Assembly: GCA_973895155.1 (NCBI GenBank)
Contig: OZ316894.1
Location: 27,075,422 to 27,139,421 of the forward strand
Direction of reading: 5' to 3'
Origin: Marsupella aquatica
Lineage: Eukaryota; Plantae; Marchantiophyta
DNA: 64,000 bases
Positions 49,601 to 62,745 of the stretch are shown one piece after another. Every line of letters begins with the position of its first letter. Position 1 is the first letter of the stretch. The position numbers were made by a program, and so were the translations under genes. The notes under the pieces are model-generated. The model searched no databases. It was not told where the DNA came from and saw only the letters and a program-made list of their open reading frames with translations.

Positions 49601-50569
49601 TCTATCATCCCGGTTTATTGCCAGGCTGAAGGAAATTATGGGATCCTGACCGCTGAGAGGAATCTGTTCGAGTCCGATAGCAAGTCATCCGATGATCGAA
49701 CGCAAGATTATGGGTTTAAAGTTTAGGGTTTAGGGTAGGTTTAGGATAGGCAAACTTAGACGTTGGAGTAGGTGTCTCCAAGACGCCAGTCATGAGGCTT
49801 AGCACTGTACTTGGTTCAATCGTCTCATAGAAGCACATGTTGTCGTTTTCATGTTCTGTCCGGTTTGCTCTACACTTTTGTCGTGTGAGTGGCTGGCTTT
49901 GGGCGTGTATCCACCGGGGTTTTTCCTGGCGCATTTTTTACATTCCGGACGGACCCGATGTGATTCACACAGCCTACACTGAATGCAAGCAGTGAGCGAT
50001 CATTTCATTCCATCTCTTTGTAACGGCACACAATCACAGGTTATGGGCCGGTTGAATGCTTATCCTTGGGTTTATGGCTTGCACAATGGACTCGGGAGTT
50101 TCGTCTTGGGAGTTAAGGTGTTTAGGCTTTAGCACTCGACGAAAAAATTAGCCCAAATGATGACATAAATCATGAACAAAGTTCACCTGATCACCACCAA
50201 TGCAATGTACCCCAAAGAACTAAGCTTTGTCATCCGGACTATCACATTTTGATATCCGATTTTTAGAACGCATGGATCCAAATGTATATCCTCCCGTGAT
50301 GTTAGAAGGCAACATGTTGGAAAGTGTGACGTACAACTGTGGCTTTATTGTGACAGGAAATTCAACTAGTGAGAAGCATAGGTTGTTGTTTTGTCCTATT
50401 ATTGATGTTCTGTCCTTCAATCAGGGACATCCGGTTTGCTCTACAATACTGTTGTGTGAGTGGCTGCACTTCGGGATGAATCCCACCATGGTTTTTACTT
50501 TCCTTAACGGAACAGAATTGATGTGATTCACACACCCCAAAACCGGAATGCCCGATCTATGTGGTCGTT

Positions 50570-50875
50570 TTGCCACCAGTGACCGAAAAAGACTGTCCCA
50601 CCATGAAAATACAAACGAACCACATTAAAAAGTAAATCGATCTCCGCCATTCCTGAAACGTGACAGCATCACAAGCCCGGATAGCACTGGGGCCTTCTTC
50701 CTTAACCCCCCTCACATCAACTCTAAACCATAAACCATAAACCATAAACCCTGCCTTCAACCTCGCCGTTGCACGACTATCACGTAGAGCCTACAGCAGC
50801 ATCTGTTAAGCAAGGATATGTGTTGTTGGGGAGGTATTTTGATGAGCTAGGGGCTCTACCCGACAGTCGTGCAGA
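50570..50875. repeat. Dispersed, diverged monomer of the 22-30 kb satellite, with an inverted subrepeat
   Basis: ccgaaaaagactgtc..ccatgaaaatacaaa..agcccggatagcact..ggccttcttcc; gcacgactatcacgtagagcc is inverted at about 50851-50872. Confidence 0.75.
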
Positions 50876-51797
50876 ATTTTTGTTTTGTAGGCATCATGAT
50901 TATGTAGTACAATATCATCATCGGAATTGAGTTACTGGCCTGTGGTAGGTCAATGAATCGGGACATCAAACGAAATCGGCCAGGCTTCGGTTAGGGCGGA
51001 TGAGAGCATGTATTCAGGGTTTTGGGGTGAGCAAATGAAGCACGGTGCGTTTGGCCTTGTACGTTCTCTCGTCATGCGCTAGTACCTCTGTGGATGCAGA
51101 TTATGACCATGGGTTGACGTTCGAGGAAAAGAGTTGAAGGTTTTCGGATTTTGCGGTTCAGATGCGACGTCGATAGGATGGGGGGTGGTGTGAAGCTTTT
51201 TAGGCCGATAAACTGGCTCATCCCATTTATTGTTCAAAATGGATGAATTAAGTTGACATTGTCAAACTGAATATTGTGAAACCAAATACCGAAAGGGTTT
51301 AGGGTTTGGGTCTGGAAGGAGACGAGAAGGCGCGCTTGAATTAAACAAAAAAACAAAAAGAAATGTATATATAGGTAGATTGCAATTAAATCTTTATATT
51401 GCATAACTAAGCCGATAGGCGAACTCCTGGTAAGGGAAGATAGTGCCATGCCACCTACCTAGAAACCCACACTTGCCTGCTCGAGTGATCTCTCCTGACC
51501 AGACTGAGTTGGTGCACACGACTGGCCAAAGCCCAATCCAATCCTAACAAACATCCTATATTGTGATGCTGCAAAGGTTGTTTTATGGAGCATTCCAGAC
51601 ACGAAGCTGGGTGCTCTACCTCACAGCCTCGGAGATATATAGAGGCAAACGACGCATCACTCGTGCAATCGGAGCTCACTTCTTGTGTGTGTATATATAT
51701 ATTAATTATATATATTATGTGTGTAATTGACGGCAACAAAGCAGCTCTGAAATCATGTACAAGCCATATATCCCCTGTCTAGTATGGCCATAGCCAG

Positions 51798-53997
51798 TCA
51801 ATCGTCGTGAGAAGACTTCTCCAAATTCCGCCACTTGTCTTTGAGATCGACCTGTGCCACAAGCCACAAGAGTAAATCGATGGGTCGTCGTTGCATTCCG
51901 TGGATTGAAACGTGGTATTGCGAATTAATATGACCAAAGCTTACCTCTGTTCGACCTTTCAAAATATCCAAGCTTGCTTTGCGGATGATATTCCACTTGC
52001 CTTTCCCAAACCTGTTGTTAGAAATTCAATGAGAATGAATGTTCCTTGAAAAACACATGATTAGCCCATAGTAGGTAATACATCTTGGCCGCAAGAATAC
52101 ACGAATAGTCTGTAACTCACTATGTGATGAAAAGCACAAACAGGATAATCAATATGAGTGGAACGCGGAGCATCGATGCAGGATGTCTCCATACTCACCT
52201 ATTTACTCCACTTCTGAGGCACTGTTCCTCTTCCTCGGTCCACCTTCTATTTTGTCTGCATTCATGTTTCGTCGTGTTGCAGTTCGATTTGCCGGCTGGG
52301 TCAACGAATTGGGCTGGCTGCATTGTGGCTGTTTCAGGTTCGGCGAGTCGTACGGACTTGTTTTTTTGGGTGTCCTGTGTGGAAGCTGGAGGTGGACTGC
52401 TCGGGGCGGATGCATCGAAAATCCGTTTTCTCTGCAAATTTAGGGTGGACATGATGCGCATATCAGGTTTCATGTCTTCTTTGCCTGCGCTGTTGTGCGA
52501 GGTGGTGGGAGGAGTTCTGGCCTGCACGTCACAATTGAAACAATTCGGTTCTAGTACAGAATGGAACACTTGTCTCCCGTCACCACACACCTATGTCGAT
52601 CACCTATTTCATCATTCTGGCTAGGGCGATTGTCAATTGAAGAATGAAAAATAGAGTGTACGACAAGGTCCTTTCGCTGGTGATTTTGTAGTAGTTTTAA
52701 GTACGTAGGAGTTAATTGACCGTTTTGGATAGTACGTACTAACGCGTACTCGATGGTCCGGACAGATGAACAGGAAATAATGATATCATGGCTAGTAAGA
52801 TCCTATTGTTTAGGGTACCTTTAGAAGAAGTTTGACTTGATGGAGTTGGCTCTCAAGGAGATCAAACTTGTGGTTGAAACTCGTTGCCATCCTGTTATTC
52901 TCGTCCGCCCGTAGCAGGTTCTGTTTTTCCAAGGCTCCTACGAGGAGTGAGCATGGACAACATGTGTCCGCTCCGGGTAAAGCAACAGCAGGTGTGGCAA
53001 TCTGGGGGAGGATCGCATTGTTCACATCATCTTCCACTCCACCACCGTCGCTGCCAGCGTCTGGCGGTGTTTGACTCCGGATTCCGTGCGGGGTCACCAC
53101 CGAAAAACCAATCGAGTACTGTGGAGACTGGCACCGTTCACCTGCATCCCCACCTTGCACAGCACCCAGCTCCCCGTCCAGACCCGCATCATTCACAGTG
53201 GCCGCCTCTTCCGTTATGTCTTGCTCCAACTCCTTCACAGCCGGATCTATCGGGGGGTTTAGGGTGATCTGTACCCTTTCATCGTCGCATGAAGCATCTC
53301 GAGCCGGGGAAGACGAAGACATGACGCAAGGGGTGTGCCCACTTAGCATGACTTGAAGATGCGGCAAGAAATGGCAAGTGTAGGACGACATCTTACCGTC
53401 CACGAACTGCTTATGAGCTAAGCCTAGTGATTCACGGAGCTTGCCGCCAAAAGTTTCACCCCAATCATGTCTGGCCGACTGTTCCACCTGCTTTATGTGG
53501 CAAGAATACGCCTCGCCCTTTGCTAGCCGAATATGAATAGCTGCGAATTGGAATGCCAACCTTTCTCGGATGACAGTGTGCTCGCAATCTGTCAACTTGT
53601 AAGAACCATTTGTGGCCCTTCTAGCCTTGAACGTCGTGGGAGTGTAATTAGTCACTTTAGCGTCTAACGGCGGCCCCCCCTCCAGTCGGAAAGTCTTCCG
53701 AATATTTTCCATGCTCAAATCGATTGGGTGACCTCTGACAGAGGTTTTTGATTTTTCATGGTCATAGTTCTGTATGAACTGTATCATATCCGAGTCCGGA
53801 TAAATTTTCGTATCCCAGCAAACCTCCACCACAAAGTCGGCAAGTCCGGTCTGCTGGAGATATTCCGCGTGTTGCGGCTCGCGGATCTTGTGCACCCGAT
53901 CCTGTAAGGCCCAATTGAAGGATGGCCCCCTCCCCCCCACCTTCGATTTTCGAGACATCTCATGCTGTGTTCCGGAGGTCACCTTCTCGAGAACCAT
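51798..53997 (-). CDS. TE-domain / telobox (TRF-like) Myb fusion gene; exons 53997-52819, 52590-52199, 52011-51945, 51851-51798
   Basis: Three phase-compatible GT-AG introns. Spliced C-terminus: NRRWTEEEEQCLRSGVNRFGKGKWNIIRKASLDILKGRTEVDLKDKWRNLEK. Exon 1 resembles the TE domain at 2925-3540 and 41330-41960. Confidence 0.8.
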
Positions 53998-54025
53998 ATC
54001 CTGCCTATCAAGTGACCAGAGTGTC

Positions 54026-54077
54026 AAGGAACACTAAGAGTACTAAGGAACACTATGAAGTACTAAGGAACACTAAG
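54026..54077. repeat. ~19-bp tandem repeat (3 copies) just upstream of the fusion gene
   Basis: aaggaacacta(a/t)ga..gtact occurs three times. Confidence 0.8.
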
Positions 54078-55589
54078 ACGATCAGCTAGCAAGGCAGGGA
54101 TCACGGAAAGACTTGCTGACAATCCTCGCTTCAGTTGTGATTGGGTTCGGTCCTCCCTGCCTGAGAAAATGGAGGGATTGCAAAAGTCACGCACGGGGGC
54201 TCGATCGGTTCGTTTGAAGGATCAGAATCCTTAGTCTTCGATTTTGCAGGACAGGCAGACTCGGACTGGCGCATGGAGTCGAGATAATTTTTGGGCGGCT
54301 TGGATGCGAGTTTATGGTTTAGGGCGGGAAACAGCAGTTCATAATTCACAAAATTGTACTCTCGAAATATATTCCCCGTAGTTCTGTCGTACTTGGGGAG
54401 TATGTATTATTGTGTAGGAGTGGGGCGGGAGGAGTGCGGTCATTTGACGACTCGCACTACAAGTGACTACATCCTCAGTGGCGGCGGCGGCCGCCGGGAA
54501 GGTTTATCTATTTACCACGATTGACAATATCGATGCATCATCATGAATCCTCCCTGGGTAAAATTCTCGTCATTCAAAATTTAGTGGATCTGTGACAAAC
54601 CTAACAGCAATAATTCGAGGTATATGCTTAATCGACCCCCTCTGGACTGTTTCTTATTTAATCAACCCCCTATGTTCAGATCTGCCCTAATCGCCCCCCT
54701 CTGACAATTTCTTACATATAACTCTAATTTTCTATTATATGAGCCCATGGTCTCGTCCGTGGTATGCTGCAATTATGTCGAAATAAGAGTGGGCCACCAC
54801 AATCCACCAATGATAAGAATCGAATGATACCGGACGCAGTCATGGATACTTTTGTGTTTGAAGACAAAACTAGTATGGTCTTCAAACATTTAGGGGTCTC
54901 CATTTGTCTGAAGTTTAGAGGTAATAAAACTGGGCTGCTATCTCCGTAATGTTCCTAGACTAGTTGCTTTGTTGAGAATCTTTATGAGTGCATTCCACTA
55001 GAGACAAATCTATGTTTGGATCTCACTCACAGAAAATGCCCTGCTGGATCTCTTTGACACCGATTAATTTGCTAAATCAGCACAATTGCATTCAGAAATT
55101 ATTTCAAAATGTTTCCAATCTTTATGCCGCAAGACCATTATGACAGCCAAGAATCCAAACACCTGTAAAATTCTCCAAAATCCTCGAAGTGTTTAGGGTT
55201 TAGTGTTTGAATTTGAGTTGCCCTTTGCTTCCATTACGAGCAATTGAACTAAGACACTCTGCATTATGTACTCTCAACAAAGTGTATTGTACTGTATATA
55301 TCTTCTCTGCACAGCGCGTGCAATGAGGCCGGTCTTCAGGCCATTTCAGGGTATTTAGGGAGCGCGGTGCATGGTCTCCTACATGCAGTGCACGGTCTCG
55401 ACGTTTCAACATTTGGACTCCCACAACATTATTATTAAAACCTTTAAACTCCGCTAGTATTGATTAGGGTGACTTACGGGTGGTTGCCGTAGGCTCCCAT
55501 AACATTATTTTTTAAGTGTTCATACACCACTAGCATTCATTGTGACTCACTTGTAGTCCCGCACTCCCATAACATTTCCAATAAAAGTC

Positions 55590-57432
55590 TTTTGCAGCTA
55601 TAACATTCATGTTGAAACCATTGGACTCCGTTAGCATCAAAAGTGTCACCATTCAATTAGGTTCGTGAGAAATACAAAGGAAACAAAGCTTGGTCAATGC
55701 TTCTAGAATTCCTGTACCAGCCTTCAAATGTGCTCGTCACCTTCAAATTCCCTTCTGCATTATTGTTGGGTCGGTATTTTGGTCGGGAAGCATTGGCCTT
55801 CGAGAATTCCTGTTGCTGGCCTTCAATCTGGTCCTTGACTGTGCTCGCCACCTCCAAATTCCCTTCAATCTGCATCTTGAATCTTGCGTTGCTTTGGATG
55901 GCGTACTGACGTCGTCAATAATTGCAGCAAGTGATGGATTAGAGTCGTTGTCGGATGCAGTCTTTGAGCGAAGGCGTTTCCGAATGGTTATGGTTTTTAT
56001 GCTTACTAGTGGCAGTGCATCGTGAATCTTGTGTTGCTTGGATGGCGTACTAACGTTGTCAATAATTGCAGCAAGTGATGGATTCGAGTCGTTGTTGGAT
56101 GCAGTCTTCGAGCGAAGGCGTTTCCGAATGGTTGCATTTTTGATGCTTACTGGTGGTAGTGGCGTGGCGTGGTTTCAGGCCGAGTGTGCAGTGATGGAGC
56201 TTCTCTTCTGTACAACATCCATGGTTGCGGTATTCATGCCTTGCTACTCACCTCCATCTGTGTTGCAACTCCATTCAGACACTCCTAGGACCCAAATTGC
56301 CTTCACTGTCCAACCCACCATACAAGACTCTTATGTAAAGGCTGTGTCTCACATGCGATGCATGGTATGTCTCCAAGTTTCAGCATATGGACTCCCACAA
56401 CATTTCTGGTTAAAGTGGAGGCTCCCATAACATTTCCGGTTAAACCGTAGACTCCCATAGCTTTCATGTTGAAACCTTTAAACTCCGTTAGCATCAAATG
56501 TGTCACCATTCAATTTTGGACGTGGGAAATGAGATACAAATTAAAGAAGACCAGGCTTCCTGATTAGAACTAATTCACTCTGTACAATTGTGATATATTA
56601 TTTACTCTCTAGACTCAATGCTAATCCACACCCGGGTCTATGCCCGATCCGCCTCAAACTCTTGGGCCCGTAATGCCAGGTGTTGTAATTCAGCTTCCTC
56701 CCGTTGTTGCTGCTCCTCAGCCTACGCCTGCCAAAAAGCTGCCTTCTGCCTTGCCTTATACTCCACCCCTTGGCACACTTGTAGGACCGTATTTTGGTCG
56801 GGAAGCATTGGCCTTCGAGAATTCCTGTCGCTGGCCTTCAATCTGGTCCTTGACTGTGCTCGCCACCTCCAAATTCCCTTCAATCTGCATCTTGAATCTT
56901 GCATCGCTTGGATGGCGTACTGACATCGTCAATAATTGCAGCAAGTGATGGATTAGAGTCATTCACTGTCGGATGCAGTCTTCGAGCGAAGGCATTTCCG
57001 AATGGTTGCGTTTTTTATGCTTACTGGTGGCAGTGGCGTGGCGTGGTTTCAGGCTGAGTGTGCAGTGATGGAGCTTCTCTTCTGTACAACATCCATGGTT
57101 GCGGTATCCATGCCTTGCTACTCACCTCCATCTGTGTTGCAACTCCATTCAGACACTCCTAGGACCCAAATCGCCTTCACTGTCCAACCCACCATACAAC
57201 ACTCTTATGTAAAGGCTGTGTCTCACATGCGATACATGGTATGTCTCCAAGTTTCAGCATATGGACTCCCACAACATTTCCGGTTAAAGTGGAGGCTCCC
57301 ATAACATTTCCGGTTAAACCGTAGACTCCCATAGCTTTCATGTTGAAACCTTTAAACTCCGTTAGCATCAAATGTGTCACCATTCAATTTTGGACGTGGG
57401 AAATGAGATACAAAATTTTGGACGTGGGAAAT
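55590..57432. repeat. Nested local duplications with actcccataacatt subrepeats
   Basis: 55770-55990 matches 56785-57030, and 56030-56540 matches 56890-57413. Confidence 0.85.
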
Positions 57433-58649
57433 GCCCATGTGCTCAGATGGGTATGTATGTATCAAATTACAGTATTTTGAAGGTTGGGGGGTATGAGGGA
57501 TGGGGTATTCTAAAATGCACAGCCACCATGGGCTGGGGTAATGCAAATTAATGCCCATGTGCTCTGAAGGGTATTAATAGGATAATGTCCTGGTTAGAGG
57601 GCATTGTGGGATATAATGCTCGTAACTAGGACATTTAATGTACGTAAAAACTTGAGTGACTTTTTGGTAACAAACAAGAAAAAGTGAATCCCTGAAATAG
57701 AAAATTCAAATTAAAGGGTCATCCAAGAAGTGGTTGCTATGGAATTGGCCAAAAATATACCTTCTTTAGTTATATTAGATTCTATTCATAGATATTGTGT
57801 TAGTATCAGGTAGGTGTTTTGTATAATCCCCTCCTCAAAAAAAGGGGTGCATTATGGAGAATTAATGCACTCAAATATACAAAGAGAAAAGCCACGAAAG
57901 TCTTTACGTATCAAAATTACAGTATTGAAGGTGAAGGGGGGTACGTGGGATGGGGGTATTCTATAACGCACAGCCACAGTTGAAGCCACTTTGATAAGTG
58001 ATTACTCAGTTGAACAATAGGAGAGCAATGCTGCTCTAAGTGGAATGTCTTATTTTGTTTATGAGTGGAATGTCTTGTTTTGTGGACTACCGTAAACAGA
58101 CATGTTCATTAATGAAGAAATGCGGTGCTGGTCAGACTGTCCTCACTGTTGTTTTTATAAAGTGGGATGAGAAGCTATTGACAAACCACATCATCACTGG
58201 ACCACACACACTCTTACTGTATAATAATCAGAAGTACTCACTGTACTGTCCAGTAGTCTGCGTTTTTGGATTAGTTGTGATGATTTCTGTTCAGTCTGCT
58301 ACTATAAGGAGGTTGAATGGGCAACCTTCCAGTATGGGTGAAGGTTTTTTGGGGAACAAACAGGCACAGCAGGGTAGTATGGTTGAATTGCCTAATCTAT
58401 CTTGTTGTGGGCATTGTATTGCACCTCGCGCTAACCCTTGGTACACTCTTAATCTTAAAAGGTGTTCATCTGTAAAGGCCAAGTATTCTGATAAACCCAC
58501 ACAACACTATTGAAAGAAAAGGAACAAGGTTTAGGGTTTAGAGTATTCTGAGAAAACCACACACTGTTGACACTGTTTACATGATAAATGGCCATTGTCA
58601 GTAAGAGATACAAAAGTTGAGGTCATGTAATGCGGTATTATGGTTCATA

Positions 58650-59080
58650 TTATTTAGGAAATTGGGCCATATACGTGGATATCATGCACAAGCTAGGGTA
58701 ATCTAATAATCGAGTAATGTACAACTAAGGTTAATGTTAGGAATACATCTGAACCTTGGGGTAATCCAATCACAAAGCAATGTACTAGACAAGTTAATCT
58801 TAGGATATTGTGCCATACACACGGATACGAAAGTTGGGGTAATCTTATCCATCAATAAATATACATTAATTAATGTTTAGGATTTGTGCCATACACATGA
58901 ATACAAAAGCCGGGGTAATCCTACACAAGGATACGAAATGCAAGCTGGGGTAATCTTATAATCAATAAAGTACTAGTAAGGTTAATGTTTGGAAATTGGC
59001 CACACCCATGGATACAAAGCTGGGGTAATCCTACACATAGATACAAAGCAAATGCCGGGGTAATCTAATAATCATAATTA
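58650..59080. repeat. Degenerate minisatellite
   Basis: Recurring gccatacacatggatacaaagctggggtaatc and ggttaatgttagg motifs. Confidence 0.75.
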
Positions 59081-60271
59081 AAGTACAAATGAATGTATTA
59101 AGGAATGTACTAAGCTGGGCTGTAAAAATGTGGGGTTTTACATACATGGACACAAGACTATAAACGTGACGAAATGATGTAATCATGCAGGTCAGGTAAA
59201 GTAGGAAGATTGTTTGTTACACCAACAGTCTTCGGCCACAAATGAGTTTTCGGCCACAAATGAGGTGTTGTACAACACATTTGTTATGTCATACAGCCAT
59301 CCATTTGAGTAGTGTTTTTTTATCTAGATGTAAGTGTCCAGTGTGAGGGAAAATTGGCAGGTCATGTGGGACTGGGGAAAATAAATTTTGATTTGTGTGA
59401 AGTGCGCCTCACACGTCGCTTCTAGGTTCTGAAAATCTAGGGTTGATGGTAAAAATGAAAATGTATAATCTGAGTATGAAATAGATACGGAGGTGTCGAG
59501 GAGTAAAACTAGACCAGACCAGAATGGGGCAGGGGAAGTTTAGGGTCCATTTATATTGAATGTAATGAGAGAATTGTTTACTAGAATAAATGGTACCCCA
59601 TATTTAAATAACGTGTCTATTGATCGATACCCAGGAAAGAAAATACCGTCCTATCTTCTTTGCACTTCAACCGATGCACAATGCTTGCCTTTCTAGGGAA
59701 CAAGGTAGTCAAAACAAATTCACCGAAGAGAATAGATACGTTCAAAACTCCTGACTCTAATTTACAAATACTACAAAAAAACATTTGACTCTTACCTGAA
59801 GTTTTCCTATCGTCTAAAATCTTAAAGTTTCCCTTTCCTGAAGCTCAAATTGTTTTTCCTTCCCTGCCCTTCCTCAAGTTTTTTTCCCTAGCGCCTGAAG
59901 CTGGAGTTTTTTTTCCTTCCCCCTTGACGGTGAAGTTTTTTTTTCTTCCTGGAAAAAGCTGAATTTTTTTTTGCTTGCTTTGGTTTTTGCTGTTTTTCTT
60001 CTCCCCCACTTTCACATTATGTAGGTTTGTACATCATGTGCGAAAAAAACTAGGATACAATGTATGGATTTGATGAAAAAAATCACCCCTGGTTTAGGGA
60101 ACCAATATAGAGCAGGTAAATTCAGGCATGTACTTCGGCCGGTATTTGTCCCTGCAATACCCAAAATGCTGGTCCGGTGAGGTTTAGGGTCTTTTCAGTA
60201 CGTTTGGAGTCCTTCTACCGGCGCAGGGCGCCTTCATGGGGTCCCTGCCCGCTTCGTTGCTTGCTATGACT

Positions 60272-60760
60272 AATAAAAGTACCCTCATGGACAAGGCCCA
60301 ACACAAGGATACCCTTAGGAGATAAGAGTACCCTCACTGATAAGGGTAACTACCCTCATTATCAAAGTACCATTGTTGATAAGTGTACCCATTGATAAGA
60401 GTACCCTCATTGATACTTAAGAGTACCCTCATACGCAAGGGTACCCTCAGGAGATAAGAGTACCCTCATTGATAAGGGTACCCTCACTGATCAAAGTACC
60501 ATTGTTGATAAGCGTACCCATTGATAAGAGTACCCTCGCTGATAAGAGTCCCTCGCTGATAAGAGTACCCTCGTTGATAAGAGTACCCTCAAGCACAAGG
60601 GTACCCTCAGGAGATAAGAGTACCCTCATTGATAAGGGTACCCTCAATGATCTAATTAAGTACCATCGTTGATAAATGTACCACATTGATAAGAGTACCC
60701 TCACTGATAAGAGTACCCTCATGCACAAGGGTACCCTCAGGAGATAAAAGTACCCTCATT
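60272..60760. repeat. 18-bp minisatellite (gataagagtaccctcatt)
   Basis: More than 20 variant copies of gataagagtaccct, with larger blocks repeated. Confidence 0.92.
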
Positions 60761-62708
60761 CACATGGGGAGCAATGAAAATAGGGATAATTGTAACCACG
60801 TCCAAAAGGTGAGATCTGTGATCATAGCCATTCAAAAATACTGTCCTTCAAAACCTTGAGGACTTTAGTTTAAGAACTTTTCTAACAAACAGTTCAAGAA
60901 TGTTTTTATAACAAAGAATCCAATAAAGTGTAAACTTTAATTTTATGGTGTTCAATTTTTTTAGATTTTCCCACACTATAGCAAACAAATCCACTGAATT
61001 TTTTTATTCTAATTCCAATTCAGTAAAAATTACAATTCCGGTCAAATAGTACACGAACCATTTCAGATCTGAGTACCGAAATGCCGTAAGTTGTAATTTT
61101 TATCATTAGATTTATGAATAATTCAACATGTAGGTGGGGAGAAAGGGGGAATTTTGATGTTGAGGTACTCACCTTCATAAATCTACTATTGATTTGTCCC
61201 AAGGAGTGTACAGTTCTTTCCTTGGTCTCGCCTCAATATTTGTACAATGTTGGCATGAATGACACTGCACAGAACACTAAAAGGATTTAGTGTCTTGAGG
61301 ATGACCAAAAACAATGACAAGAAACCTGAAACTGAAACTCATTTGTCCAAGTGCATGTAGAGCTTCATATCATTGGCAACAATAGTGCTTGAAGCCAACT
61401 TACTTTTGAATGACGTGTAAGGCAATATCTTGTGAAAGAGGGCCGATAGCTTCCCAACTACTAAAGGAAGTAGATTTTGCACTCACAAAGTCATCCCAAC
61501 AACCAGATCCCCTTGTGCAATCTGAGAAACGTGGAGTATTCAATAAAAAGTTCAAAGCAAAATGTAATAAAACCATCATAAACTCAATATAATGAAATGT
61601 AACCATGTCCTTTGTGATAAATTCTGCAAACCCTTCTGCTTTTTAAATATCTACTAATTAAAAGGAAAAGGATAATACACCAGAATTTACTTCAAAACTC
61701 ACTGTCAATCATGTTCTCCGAACAATAAGAATGATAGGGAGGGAAAATGTCAACCTGGGCATACGCCCAAGTCAGGGTGTGAAGCTTAATTTTCAGGATC
61801 CTGGAATTGTGGCCGGAGAGAGGCAGCTTGCAGCAACAAGTGCTTCAGGCTTCTTCCTCATCAGCATAGCCAACACCACTAGGAGACCAACCTAGAGCAA
61901 GTACAGGTCGAGCTCCCTCCTTGTTTGTGTAGTTCAATGTTCTGACCATGTTCAATGTGCTGCATTCCCTTGGGTTTGGATGATCTTCCCTTGGCAGAAA
62001 TGAGTCACATTCCAGAGTTACTCCATGCATAATGATTATTCACCTGCCCCTGGGGTTGGATGATCTTTGTGTGGGATAAATGCCCGGTTTGAGTTAACGG
62101 GCAAGTTTACGTGTTGCCCTACGGGGTGTGGTTGGGACCGGGTGGGGTTGGGATAGGGTTGGGATGAGGTTGGGACGGTGTCAGGATAGGGGCGGGATGA
62201 CCAGGTGTGACGGATGACAAATCAAGGCCAAACCAGGCATAAATGAATCACACTTCAGAGTTACTCAAGGCAAAATGATTATTCTTCTGCCGCCAATCTG
62301 AATTGACTACTTGTAGCCTGGTGGAATCAGTGGATACTCATTACTTGGCGAGAGGTTGCACCATAAAGATTGTTATGGTTAGGAATCAAATAATAGTTGA
62401 GTGTTCATTAAGTGTTTATAATACCTTGAAAGGGTTTAACAGTTTAATGATTAGATGCATGGGACCCGGATGGGATCCCATATGAGCTTACACTTTGAAT
62501 CGTTCAACAATTTGAACAATAAAATGTACAAGGGTAAATTTATAAGAAGGTAATGGCATTGTGACTTTTTTCATCAAAGCAAGCTGGAGTGCCAGTTCCT
62601 TGTTATTAGGATATATCTAGATCCAGACTAGCTCCAGAGTACCAAAATCTCTGCACTTTTGGGGCACTCTGTTGTGCTATGCATTTGAGGGAGTATTCAT
62701 ATCTATAA

Positions 62709-62745
62709 CTAGACCAATGCCCGTGCGTTGAACAAAAGATGTTGA
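62709..62745 (-). mobile_element. Helitron 3' terminus (element body extends to the right)
   Basis: On the - strand it reads ...ttcaacgcacgggcattggtCTAG|T. Confidence 0.7.

Noticed and set aside
48562-49649. ORFs of 104-120 aa
   Set aside because: Non-ATG starts or low complexity, no recognisable motif and no supported splice structure.
55657-57383. Paired short ORFs (100-133 aa) as a gene family
   Set aside because: They arise from local duplication and show no domain signature on either strand.
60272-60760. CRISPR-like array
   Set aside because: Repeats are contiguous with no unique spacers, there are no cas genes, and the context is eukaryotic.
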